Of a stretch of 52,298 bases of DNA, positions 33,001 through 44,234 are shown piece after piece; position 1 is the first letter of the stretch, and each line of letters begins with the position of its first letter. The translations under genes were made by a program, and so were the position numbers. Location: NCBI GenBank assembly GCA_009103225.1, contig RHPI01003169.1, positions 228,006 to 280,303 of the forward strand. Reading direction: 5' to 3'. The notes beneath the pieces were generated by a model. The model made no database searches. It saw only the letters and a list, made by a program, of their open reading frames with translations, and was not told where the DNA came from. The stretch comes from Chlorokybus atmophyticus (Eukaryota > Plantae > Mesostigma and Chlorokybus algae).

Positions 33001-33329
33001 CTACGGGCAACAACCATTTACACCGTTGAAGGCATGGACACCGCGACGACACGACGTGCGTGTGGAGGCAGCTAGGGAAAATGACTTCCTCACAAAGTGC
33101 ACGGACATTAATAAGGCAGCTAGGGAGGCGCTATTGATGGCACAAAACAGGCAGAAGCAGTACGCAAACGCGCATCGCCGACACCTCACGTTGCAGGAAG
33201 GCGACATTGTGTTACTCTCCACGAAGCATGTACAGGTGCGTACGGGAGTTCGCAAGCTGAACGAACGGTGGTTGGGACCATTTAAGGTAGCAAAGTTATT
33301 TTGGACATGGCGTACAAGCTGGAGCTACC
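30052..33329 (+). pseudogene. pol: pol of A (protease, RT, RNase H, integrase; many stops and frameshifts)
   Basis: LVIDSGAN, YLDDIL, ACDASD, ETDHSPL, MDFITGLP, DRDPRFTS, WLGPF. Confidence 0.93.
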
Positions 33330-33555
33330 TGTCGGGTCGAGGAGAGTCGAGGGTCACACTGTCTCGGGCCGCTGCACGGAAAAACATGCTTGCTAGCCAT
33401 GTTGTAACATATAGCAAAAGTAAAAGATAACCCAGCTCATATGGCGCGGAGTGCTTGATGGAGCTGCTCCGCTGTCACTGAATTACACGGATATGTGGGA
33501 GCGGGGTTCTCCTTAATGTACATGCTGTGGTGTAGGACACACAGTCAACAAGTCA
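33330..33555 (-). repeat. LTR-like direct repeat, copy 1 (226 bp)
   Basis: Matches 34148-34376; minus strand TGACTTG..CCCGACA. Confidence 0.8.
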
Positions 33556-34147
33556 CTACTATAGGTAGTGCTGTTTACACAGTTCTTTGCATGAGCGGAA
33601 AATGTGTTACACTGTTAAGTGAGGTGAATGAGCAAGCAACACGTGGATACTATGCCATGACTGATGCCAACAAACACATTGCAACCAGGCACACCAAGCT
33701 CACAGCAATGACAAGCATGATGCACACGAGCGTGCACAGGCTCTCACACAGTGAGGGGGTTCTTGGTAACCGGGATGACGTGTTCGCAGTTCAAGTCGTT
33801 TCACAAGCTCGTAGCTTTCTCACTCACAGTGTCACTAGCTGATCCGGTGAACACTGTGACTACTTATACAAGTCAAATCGTGACTGTTCAGAATATAAGC
33901 TAACGGTCATATTGAGGCTATTTTTACAGCAATTACCACTCGTTTTAAAACACAACTTATAACCGAACTCACAACTGAACAGCTACGCGCGGTGCCTATG
34001 TAGGCTATGGTCGTGAGCTACTCTGGAGTCATGACCTAGCTACTGGTCAGTGATGCATGCGCGCTGGTATGCTGGTAGACCGGGCGATGGTTCCGATGTA
34101 GGCATGCTCGATGAAGGCTGGTATGCGCGGGCACTAGGCATGGCAGC

Positions 34148-34376
34148 TGTCGGGTCGAGGGGAGTCGAGGGTCACACTGTCTCGGGCCGCTGCAGGGAAA
34201 GACATGCTAGCCCTGTTGCTGCAACATGTTGTAACATGTAGCAAAAGTAAAATATAACTCAGCTCGTATGGCGCAGAGTTCTTGGTGGAGCTGCTCCGCT
34301 GAAGCACACGGACATGTGGAGGCGATGTTCTCCTTGGTGTACATGCTGTGCTGTAGGACACACAGTCAACAAGCCA
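34148..34376 (-). repeat. LTR-like direct repeat, copy 2 (229 bp), next to the PPT of F
   Basis: Minus strand AGGGGGGGT|TGGCTTG..CCCGACA; matches 33330-33555. Confidence 0.8.
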
Positions 34377-34451
34377 ACCCCCCTAAGTTTCTGGGGAGGT
34401 TTTAGCTCCAGAGCTCAGTTGCTTACGCAGGTGAGGAGGGCCGTTGGTGCG

Positions 34452-34586
34452 GCAATCGTTGCACTAGTACTCCTCCATGGGTATTGCGTCCAATGGGGGC
34501 TCCAGACAATAGCAATGCAGGCCCTTGTCACAGCCATTGCAGAGCATTATGAGTGCGTCGTCGCCGGCGCTGCCGCAGCGTTCACA
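34452..34586 (-). pseudogene. PHD finger at the C terminus of F integrase
   Basis: CERCGSAGDDALIMLCNGCDKGLHCYCLEPPLDAIPMEEY*CNDC = C4HC3, with the usual W replaced by TAG. Confidence 0.88.
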
Positions 34587-34699
34587 GCGTGTGCTGCGGG
34601 CGGGGCGAGCGTGCTGGATGCGCGCAAAGCCAGCTATGCACGGACATGTGGTGACATGGCGTGCAGTTTACCATGTTGTCTTTCAACCTCTCGCCATTT

Positions 34700-35800
34700 T
34701 GACCGAGGAGGTCCAGCACTCATGCGGGGTACACCTTGAGTACCTTGTAGACGGTGCGGCCCACGGAAGTGTCGAGCGTGTCCTTGTTGGCTGCCATGCG
34801 GTAGGCGAAGTCCCCTGCTTGAAACCGTTGTTGGCGCTCCTTGTAGAAGCCGCTCCGCACGCGCTCGTAGCGCAGAGTGTCGCGGTGCTGTGCGATGCGC
34901 AGGTTGTTGAAGGCCATCGGGACGGTGTGTTCGAGCAGCGCGGCGCGTGTGGTAATGTCGTGGTACATCTGGTCAGGACTGTCGAGGTTGTTCACCACAC
35001 GGTCTTAACGAACGGAACGGAACGGAAGCAATGGTGGACGCCCGAACAATAGGTAGTATGGGCTGTACTCGCGCAGAGCCGCCTGCTTCGACAACCGGTA
35101 TCCAAGGGCCACCCACAGAAGGTGGTCGTCCCAGGTGTTCTTCTCATATTCCAGCACGTACTTGCGGAGTGCCTTCTGGATAGTCTGTACTGTCCGCTCG
35201 GCGAGACCGTCGGCTTGGGGATGGTCACGCGAAGTGCGGCGATGAGTGATATAGCATTTGTCCAGCAGGGTGCCGAACTCCCCTCTGGACTCAGTGCCTT
35301 GATCGGTGATGACCTTAGCGCAGCTGCCGAACCGGCTGAGGACATGGGAGAGGAAGGCTTAAGACATCCTTTTGCTGCTCTTGTCAGGTAATGGCACCAG
35401 CTCCACCCATATGAATTTGGAGAAGTGCTTGATTATGACCAGGATGTAACGGTTGCCATGTGCCGAGGATGCCAAGTCTCCCAAGATGTTGAGTCCCCAG
35501 CAATAGAAAAGACCGGAGATGGGGAGAGGGTGCAAGGTGGCGCTGCATGTGTTGAGGCTGGCGCGTATCACGTCACACTATTGGCAGCGATTGACGAACC
35601 CCTGCACCTGTTTGAACAGCCCATACTACCAATATTGCGCCTTTACCAGGCTGACTGTACGCTTGACACCGAAGTGTCTAAGCTCAGTGTGGAGGGCAGC
35701 AATAATACCCTTGCGGGTGGCTGGTGTTGGCACCTCCTTGTCTTCGTCATGGACGCGGCGATAAAGCTTGTCATCCGCCCACCAATAGTGGCGGGTGCGT
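34700..35800 (-). pseudogene. pol: Integrase of F
   Basis: LHTELRHFGVKRT, WGLNILG, KHFSKFIWVELVPL, VITDQG, HPQADGLAERTVQTIQKAL, SPYYLLFGR. Confidence 0.9.
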
Positions 35801-36139
35801 TGATTGACATGGTCTTTCTCGTGCGCTCATGTTGGAGGGAAGCTGGCCACTTTGAAGGAAGGAGAGTGATGGCTTGTCCAGCCATATGTCCTGCCTGGTG
35901 TCGGTGGGTGCCAGCTCGGTGTCGTCGACTTCAATGTCGACCGCGTGGACATTCCCTCGGGGTGTGGTCACTGTGGGGCCGGTAGATTGAAGGGCATGCA
36001 TCTCCTCTGCCGTTCAGGTGGCGGTCGTGATAATCTAACGCTCCGAACGTAACGCGGCAACAGTAAACATGGCCGCTACGGTGGGAGCTGCTGCTGCAGG
36101 GCCGAGCTCGTGCCGAGCTCCGGTTGCATTGTTGGTACT

Positions 36140-36886
36140 GAGGTGAGGGTTGCGACTGAGGCCATCGGCGTCTTGGTTGGTGAGGCCGGCGCGGTGGTCG
36201 ATCTTAAAGTCATACTTCTGCAACAACAGGGCCAGCGAGCGAGTTTCCCTGTCAGATGTTGGTTAGTCATCAACCACTTGAGTGGCTAATGATCGGTGAT
36301 AGGAATTGCCGCCCAAAGAGGAAAGGTCTGAAGAAGGAGATGGCCCACACTGCAGCGAGGCACTCCCCCTCGTAGCTGCTGTAGTTGGCCTCAGCGCTGT
36401 TGTTGCTTCGGCTGGTGTACGACACCACCCGCTCTTTCTTGTTCTCATTGTGCTGCATCAGCACAGCCCCCATCCCAAGCTTGCTCCAGTCGGCGTGGAG
36501 GATGAAGGGCTTGGTGTAGTCAGGGCGTTGCAGGATGGGAGCAGTGGTAAGCCTGCCTTTTAGCTCTTCAAACGCCTGCTGTTGTGGCTCCTTTCACGCA
36601 AACTCCACTTCCTTTTTTAGAACCTCGTTGAGGGGTCGCGTAATCTTTGCGAAGTCCTTTACGAACCGGCGATAGTAGTTGGGTAGGCCCAGAAAGGCGC
36701 GCAGGCGCGTAAGGTCCGTTGGAGCAGGGATAGCTATCAAAGCCTCCACCTTCGCCTGCTGTACGTACACACCGTGGGGCACAATCATGTGCCCTAGGTA
36801 GGGTACCCCGAGTGAAGCAGGTGCACTTGTCGGGGTGCACCGTCATCCCCACCCCCTTGTGTCTCTCCAGCGCCTCCTTGATGTAC
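36140..36886 (-). pseudogene. pol: RT 3' end and RNase H of F
   Basis: RAFLGLPNYYRRFV, HADWSKLGMGAVL, SYEGECLAAVW, HRAGLTNQDADGLSR. Confidence 0.9.
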
Positions 36887-37558
36887 TGTGACGGTGCTCG
36901 TGCCTTGTCACCTGTGAGTTGGTCCAATCAACAACCCTCTCACCAAGACACGGTTTTCACACCGGAACCTTGCCCCCTCTGCCAAGCACACACGCGCGCC
37001 CCGCCACTCGCGTACGCACGCGCATGCGCTCGAAGCTACACACCGACTTGTGTAGTGCCTTGGATCGTCACACAAGCAAGCACACACCAGTGGCCACACG
37101 CTAGCAACCCCTGCTAACCACCACCAAGCTTGCACACCAGAAACTAGGGAGCTAAAGGTTGTATTGCAAATTGTAGAATGTCACTTTTATACCTACCAGT
37201 CTGCACATGCTACTGTCTAGACGATTCTAGCGCTAGACGGAACTAGAAGCTAAGATATTCTTGCAGAATCTTGTAGTACACTTCTAGACCTTTCCAACGC
37301 ACCAAAGATCTCCTAATTTGCTGCTCATATGGTCAAGTTATACTACTTGGCGCCAGGCCCTTCCAGAAATCTGGTCGAGCCCTTCTCGACTGGCCCTCCG
37401 TTTTCTGGCACCTTCCGGACTGGTCTTGGGGCCCCGGTCGATATGCGCGGCAGACTCATAACTCGCCGATATCCGCCACAAGTCATTAGAAACATGTACC
37501 TTACGAATAAGGCCTAAAACGGCCATGAAAATCACAGAATTTGGCCTTGACTGTTACA
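36887..37558 (-). repeat. 3' LTR of B (672 bp)
   Basis: TGT..ACA ends, adjacent PPT, apparently identical to 42728-43399. Confidence 0.95.
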
Positions 37559-40500
37559 CTCCTCCCCCCCCCCAGGTGAGCTTCGTCCTCGAAGCTCGCG
37601 AGGTTGTCGTCGAGCAAGATAGGCACGCACAACGTCTTGAGCATTAGTCAAGTGTGCCTCTGGCTCCCAGGATGCTTCATGCAACGGATAGCCCTTCCAT
37701 TTCACTAAGAACTTGCGTACGCCATGCACAAACTTCTCACCAAGGATGTCTTCTACCTCCCACTCGGGTTCACCGTCTGTGCCAACTTCGGGGGGTGGCC
37801 TTTCTGGCGGTTGTCCTCGATATGCTTTCAGAAGGGAGACGTGAAAAACGGGGTGCACACGCATGGTGTCGGGTAGCTCCAACTTGTACGCCACGTCCGA
37901 GATAACTTTGCTGACCTTAAATGGTCCCAACCAGCGTTCATTCAGCTTGCGAACTCCCGTACGCACCTGGACGTGCTTCGCGGAGAGTAACACAATGTCG
38001 CCTTCCTGAAACGTGAGGTGTCGGCGATGCGCGTCCGCGTACTGCTTCTGCCGATTTTGTGCCACCAATAACGCATCCCTAGCTGCCTTGTTAATGTCCG
38101 CGCACTTTGTAAGGAAGTCATTAGCTGCCTCCACACGCACGTCATGTCGTCGCGGTGTCCATGCCGTCAACGGTGTCAATGGATGTTGCCCGTAGTTCAT
38201 AAGGAAGGGAGTGACACCTGTGCTTGCATTGTGGTGGTTGTTGATCGCAAACTCAACCAACTCAAGCAGCTCCTCCCAATTGTCTTGTCGCGCGTTAACG
38301 TAGCAACGCAGCATGTCCTCGATCACACGGTTGGCCCGCTCCGTTTGCCCATCAGTTTGCGGGTGGAATGCCGTGCTAAACTTCAGTGTGGTACCCAGTG
38401 CACTATGCAGCGCCTCCCAAAACTTACTTGTAAAGCGCGGGTCGCGATCACTCACAATGCTTCGTGGTAATCCATGAGAACGAAATACATGCTTCACGAA
38501 CAAGCGTGCTGCCTCCGGTGCCGTGCAAGACTCACTACACGGTGCCAAGCGTACCATTTTGCTGGTTTTATCGACGAACACAAGTATAGCGTCGTACCCT
38601 TCTTTTGTCTTTGGTAGCCCCGTGATAAAGTCCATGGTAACTTGCTCCCACTTGGACAATGGCACAGGGAGAGGTTGCAGCAACCCACCTGGCTTTTGGT
38701 TGCTTGCCTTCACCCTTTGGCATGCGTCGCACAACGCCACGTAGTCGCGCACATCGCGATGCATCTCTCGCCAGTAAAAACGCTGTTTTAAGCTTGCCAA
38801 AGTCCTTTCCAACCCTTGGTGACCAGCAATGGGCACGTCATGAGCTTCCTTCAGCAACTTCACACGGATATGCGCGACGTTGGGGATGTACAAGCGCCCA
38901 TGGTGCCACAGCAGCCCGTCGCGCATTGACCAGTGCCCACTTGTGTCCGTAGCTGTATTTTTCAGCTCTTGCAACACTTTCATACCCTCCGTGTCTTCAC
39001 GAAGCACTTGCCGAATCTGGTCGGTCCACTCGGGCTGCACTTGAGCGAGTGCCTCAATTGCATTAAGCCGGCTCAGCGCGTCAGCAACACCATATGACGT
39101 ACCGGGCTAGTACTTGATATCGAAGTTAAAAAGTTGAAAGAACTCAAGCCATCGAGCTTGTCTGCGACTCAGATGAGGTTGTGTTTGTAAGTACCTCAGT
39201 GGAGAGTGATCCGTCTCAAGCACGAACTTTTTGCCTTCCCAAAAACAACGCCATTGTCGTAGCGCCATGACTTGCGCTAAAAGTTCCTTCTCGTGCACGG
39301 GGTAATTCAGCTCCGCACCACTCATCTTCTTGCTGAAGAATGCTACTGGCTGAAGGCCGTTGCCATGGTCTTGCTGCAAAACAGCTCCTACGGCTGTGTC
39401 GGACGCGTCGCAAGCCACAATAAATGTCTTTTCCATGTTGGGGTGAGCCAGGACTGGTGCCTCCGTCAGCGCCTTCTTCAACGCAGCAAATGCATGTTCC
39501 TCTGTTGCTGACCAGCTCCAATGCTTTCCCTTCTTGAGTAGGGCAGTCAAGGGAGCAGCTATGCGCGAAAACCCCATGATAAACTTGCGATAATACCCCG
39601 CAAGGCCTAAAAAGGACATCACCTCCTTTACATTGGTCGGGGCAGCCCACTCGCGTACCACCTGCACTTTGTTGGGGTCCGGCTTGATGCCTTCATGCGA
39701 CATAATGTGGCCTAGGTACTCCACCTCTCGAAGCAAGAATTTTCACTTCTGTAGCTGGGCGTACAACTTGTGTTCGCGCAAACGCTGCAACACGCGCCGT
39801 AGAAGTGCTACGTGCTCCTCCTTTGTTGTCGCGTACACCAAAATGTCGTCGAGGTACACGAGGACTCCCGTACCAATCAAGTCAGCAAAAACGCTGTTCA
39901 TAAGCGTTTGAAATGTTGCCGGTGCGTTCGTAAGTCCGAAGGACATGACCAACCACTCATAGTGCCCATAACGTGTGTTAAAAGCTGTTTTCTCCACATC
40001 CTCGGGCGCGATGCGAATTTGGTGATAACCTCCAGCAAGATCAAGTGTTGTGAAGTACTGCGCACCTTGCAATTGCTCCAGCAACTCGTCGATACGTGGG
40101 AGTGGAAAGCAATTCCTCTTCGTGATGTTGTTGAGAGCTCGGTAGTCGACGCACATGCGCAAGCTCCCGTTTTTCTTTCGTACAAACAAAATAGGTGCAC
40201 CATAGGGGGACTTACTAAGCCTGATGTAGCCTCTTTTCAGCAAGTCCGCCACCTGCCTCTCGGCCTCTTCCAGTTCCAAAGGTGACAGCTTGTATACGAG
40301 TCGATACGGTGGCTTGTGCACGCCCTCAATCAGCTCCACACGGTGGTCTACGCTCCGTGGAGGTGGTAGACCAGATGGAAGTCCGTCCACCATGATATCT
40401 TGGTATTCTTTAACAAGTTTACACACCTCGGGGTCCATAGTAGCCGTCTGAACATCGTCACTCAGCTCCGGTGCTGACTTTGCAGTGTTTTCGCGCACCA

Positions 40501-41164
40501 CGCACAACCATGCAGCCTTTGCCTTCCGTGGAGACAATAACTTCCTCAATTGCACATAAGAGATCTGGGCAATTGTCGTACCACCTAATTGTGCGTGCCG
40601 CGCCTCGATGACGTCCGATGCAGCTTGAATGGACTCTCCACCGTTTCGCTCGATGGTGAGCACGCGCTTCCTCCAATTGATGGCTGGATTATGTTGCCAT
40701 AGCCACGGTAGTCCCAAAATCCCATCAAACCCGTTCCGTAGGGTGATGCAGCAAAATCGCATGCTCTCCTTCATCTTCCCAATGCGAACGCACAACTCTT
40801 TGGTCATAAACGCAGCGCCATCACCTCCAGAGGGTGGCTCTCCATCAGCGAGCTTCACTTCACCTCCTCGTAATGACGAAAGCCAACCGTAACGCCGCGC
40901 AATATCAATACTCATAAAGTTGCTGTTGGCACCGCTATCAATCATGAGCTTACACTCTCTCCATCGTCCTTGGTCATCGCAAATGTGTGCTCGAAGCCCG
41001 AAGTACTTTGTTGTCTCCTCGTTTGCATAACTCACCACCATTGGCGCGTTCAAAGCCATCTCCTCTTGCTTCTTTAATGGAAATGTCACAGCATCCGTCC
41101 GTGCATGAGGCTCCTTCCTATCCCCAGCAGTAGCCTCCTCACCTACTGGGGGAAGTCGTTTTCC
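37532..41164 (-). pseudogene. pol: pol of B: protease, RT, RNase H, integrase, chromodomain; two in-frame nonsense codons
   Basis: ORFs 39743-41089, 39107-39736 and 37532-39040 are in one frame, separated by TGA and TAG. C-terminal WEVEDILGEKF..FLVKWKGYP..SWEPEAHL chromodomain. Confidence 0.95.
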
Positions 41165-42165
41165 TGCTCCACGCCATTTTGCTCCATGGTGTTGACGCGA
41201 CGATCACGGCGAGGGTTGCCATCCGGTGTTGGCCTTTGCGTGCTTCGTTTGGGGCATCCGTACGCCAAATGCTCCGTCAACCCACACGCATAACACTTGC
41301 GCACACCTTTACCTCTTTCACCACGTCCGCCGTGCTTCGCCTCACTTCCATCTGTGTGTATGGCACCCACCTCCATTGGTGCAGGCCCAGAGTCAGCTCC
41401 ACCTCCAATTGCAAGTGCTAAACTTGGTTTTCCTCGTCTCCATGCATGTTGAACGCCTCCCCGGGGCTGATCACCATGTCTTTGTCTCCAGTCAGTGTTT
41501 CTTGTGGTGGACTTGAAGTACAACGCGTCGAGACGCTCCGCCATGCGTATAGCCTCCGCGAGTGTCTTCGGGTCCCGTAGCTCCACTTCTTTACACCCTA
41601 AAGGTTTTAAACCACGTGTATACCTGTCCAACTGCTCCTCCTCGGTCATATTGGGTATGGACATCACCAATCGCTGAAACGCGGCCGTGTACGCCATCAC
41701 CGACCCCATTTGCACAAGGGCTGCAAGTTTGTCGCGTGCGGCCTTCACGCTCTCAACGGGAACGAACTGATGTCTGACCTCCAGTGCCAACTCTTCCATG
41801 GTGGTCAATGGTAGCGCCAACCCATTTATAACACGCGTACATCGATGCCTCCACCACACAAGTGCTGCACCTTCAAGCAATGTCGCTGCAACCTCCACGT
41901 GCAGATGCGTGGGCACCTCCGTGAGCTTCAACCAAGACGATACTTGAAAAATCCATTCATCCACTGCATCTCCATCACGTTGACCCTTGAATGGCTTGGG
42001 CTTTGGCACCTTCACATGCACGCGCGAGCTTGATGCCATGGGAATTTGTACACGCGCCATCGCATGCTCATACGCCTAGCGTTGTGCCGCCGCTTGAGTG
42101 TGATGAAGCTCTTCCCTCAGTGCCAAGATGGCAGCTTGAAGCTCTTCCATGCGAGGATCCTCCAT
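41143..42165 (-). pseudogene. gag: gag of B with CCHC knuckle; one nonsense codon at 42076-42078
   Basis: ATG at 42165 is in frame with ORF 41143-42060; CYACGLTEHLAYGC. Confidence 0.92.
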
Positions 42166-42245
42166 CTCCACTAACACACTACACTCCGCTTCCGAATGAA
42201 AAGTGTAAACGCCCACACACTTCCTCTCTCACCTTCGTAAACCGT

Positions 42246-42257
42246 GCTCCGATACCA
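42246..42257 (-). promoter_or_regulatory. PBS (tRNAiMet) of B
   Basis: TGGTATCGGAGC on the minus strand, 2 nt from the LTR end. Confidence 0.93.
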
Positions 42258-42281
42258 GTTGTGACGGTGCTCGTGCCTTGN

Positions 42282-43399
42282 GTTCTCATTGTGCTGCATC
42301 AGCACAGCCCCCATCCCAAGCTTGCTCCAGTCGGCGTGGAGGATGAAGGGCTTGGTGTAGTCAGGGCGTTGCAGGATGGGAGCAGTGGTAAGCCTGCCTT
42401 TTAGCTCTTCAAACGCCTGCTGTTGTGGCTCCTTTCACGCAAACTCCACTTCCTTTTTTAGAACCTCGTTGAGGGGTCGCGTAATCTTTGCGAAGTCCTT
42501 TACGAACCGGCGATAGTAGTTGGGTAGGCCCAGAAAGGCGCGCAGGCGCGTAAGGTCCGTTGGAGCAGGGATAGCTATCAAAGCCTCCACCTTCGCCTGC
42601 TGTACGTACACACCGTGGGGCACAATCATGTGCCCTAGGTAGGGTACCCCGAGTGAAGCAGGTGCACTTGTCGGGGTGCACCGTCATCCCCACCCCCTTG
42701 TGTCTCTCCAGCGCCTCCTTGATGTATTGTGACGGTGCTCGTGCCTTGTCACCTGTGAGTTGGTCCAATCAACAACCCTCTCACCAAGACACGGTTTTCA
42801 CACCGGAACCTTGCCCCCTCTGCCAAGCACACACGCGCGCCCCGCCACTCGCGTACGCACGCGCATGCGCTCGAAGCTACACACCGACTTGTGTAGTGCC
42901 TTGGATCGTCACACAAGCAAGCACACACCAGTGGCCACACGCTAGCAACCCCTGCTAACCACCACCAAGCTTGCACACCAGAAACTAGGGAGCTAAAGGT
43001 TGTATTGCAAATTGTAGAATGTCACTTTTATACCTACCAGTCTGCACATGCTACTGTCTAGACGATTCTAGCGCTAGACGGAACTAGAAGCTAAGATATT
43101 CTTGCAGAATCTTGTAGTACACTTCTAGACCTTTCCAACGCACCAAAGATCTCCTAATTTGCTGCTCATATGGTCAAGTTATACTACTTGGCGCCAGGCC
43201 CTTCCAGAAATCTGGTCGAGCCCTTCTCGACTGGCCCTCCGTTTTCTGGCACCTTCCGGACTGGTCTTGGGGCCCCGGTCGATATGCGCGGCAGACTCAT
43301 AACTCGCCGATATCCGCCACAAGTCATTAGAAACATGTACCTTACGAATAAGGCCTAAAACGGCCATGAAAATCACAGAATTTGGCCTTGACTGTTACA
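42282..43399. repeat. 1118-bp near-exact duplicate of 36441-37558 (F RT/RH flank plus B LTR)
   Basis: Same length and same ORF translations; starts right after a single N; one mismatch seen (36886 C vs 42727 T). Confidence 0.93.
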
Positions 43400-43404
43400 T
43401 GTAC

Positions 43405-44150
43405 TGTAGGTGCTCTTTGTTGCTACGGCTGCAGATGAGAATGTCGTCAATGTAGCATCGCGCGAAGTCCAGCCCCTTCAAGGCTTTGTCCATGACGCGT
43501 TGGAACTTGGCAGGAGCATTCTTCAGTCCGAAGGGCATGAACTTCCACTGGTACAGCTGCCGGTTGCCCCAGAAAGAGGTCTTGTGCTTGTCCTCCTCCT
43601 TAATGGCGATCTAGTTGTACCCTTGTCGCATGTCCAGGATGCTAAAGACGGTATAGTCTCCTACATCATCAAAGATACCCTCTGCAGTAGGCATTGGATG
43701 TTTGTCTTGTTTGGCTTTGTGGTTGAGGGGGCGATAGTTGCCGCACATACGCCGGTCTGTTCAGTTGCCTGCTGAATCCTTCATGGGCATGACGATCGCG
43801 GCCGCAAAGTCCAATGTGGACTCCTCAATCAGCCTTGCACCTCTGCTCCACCAGGTCTTCTGCCAACTTGGAGAGTCGGTACTGTCGTCGAGACATCGGT
43901 GTCCACTAACTCGATGTTCATCAAGTAAACGAAACAAACGCCCAGTTCCTTCACACTGAAGCTGAACTGACTCCTCCACTTGTTGAGGAGAGCCTCAAGT
44001 TGTTCTTGCGTCTGGCCTGTAGCCAGTGGTCCAATGGCATGGGACCAAGAGATAGCGTTGGCGACTACTGGGATGTCCTCCACAATAACTGCTGCCTGCT
44101 CCTCCATATGGGCAATTTCGAGGGCTATGTGTGCCGCTTTGGTCTCTTGC
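43405..44150 (-). pseudogene. pol: RT of F, 5' part
   Basis: WSHAIGP..QLEALLNKWRSQFSFSVKELG, RMCGNYRPLN, ILDMRQGYN, MPFGLKNAPAKFQR, CYIDDIL. Confidence 0.92.
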
Positions 44151-44234
44151 ACGCGATCGGCCCCCCACCCCCACCAGGTATTCGAGCTCTTGAAAGGGCA
44201 CATGGCGGTCCTGGAGAGCAAAGCATATTTTCAA

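Larger units (their letters stand above)
22670..33329 (+). mobile_element. Chromovirus-family copy A (5' LTR, gag split by a DNA element, pol truncated in the integrase C terminus)
   Basis: LTR 22670-23338, PBS 23341-23352, gag/pol homologous to B. It ends at GAGCTACC where element F sequence starts. Confidence 0.92.
36887..43399 (-). mobile_element. Chromovirus B, near-complete and young, inserted in F RT; TSD TGTAC
   Basis: 3' LTR 36887-37558, PPT 37559-37575, PBS 42246-42257. The 5' LTR starts at 42260, is broken at N42281 and appears complete at 42728-43399. TSD at 36882-36886 and 43400-43404. Confidence 0.93.

Noticed and set aside
35122-35985. Long plus-strand ORFs over F and B (also 39812-40285)
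   Set aside because: Antisense shadows of integrase and RT coding sequence.
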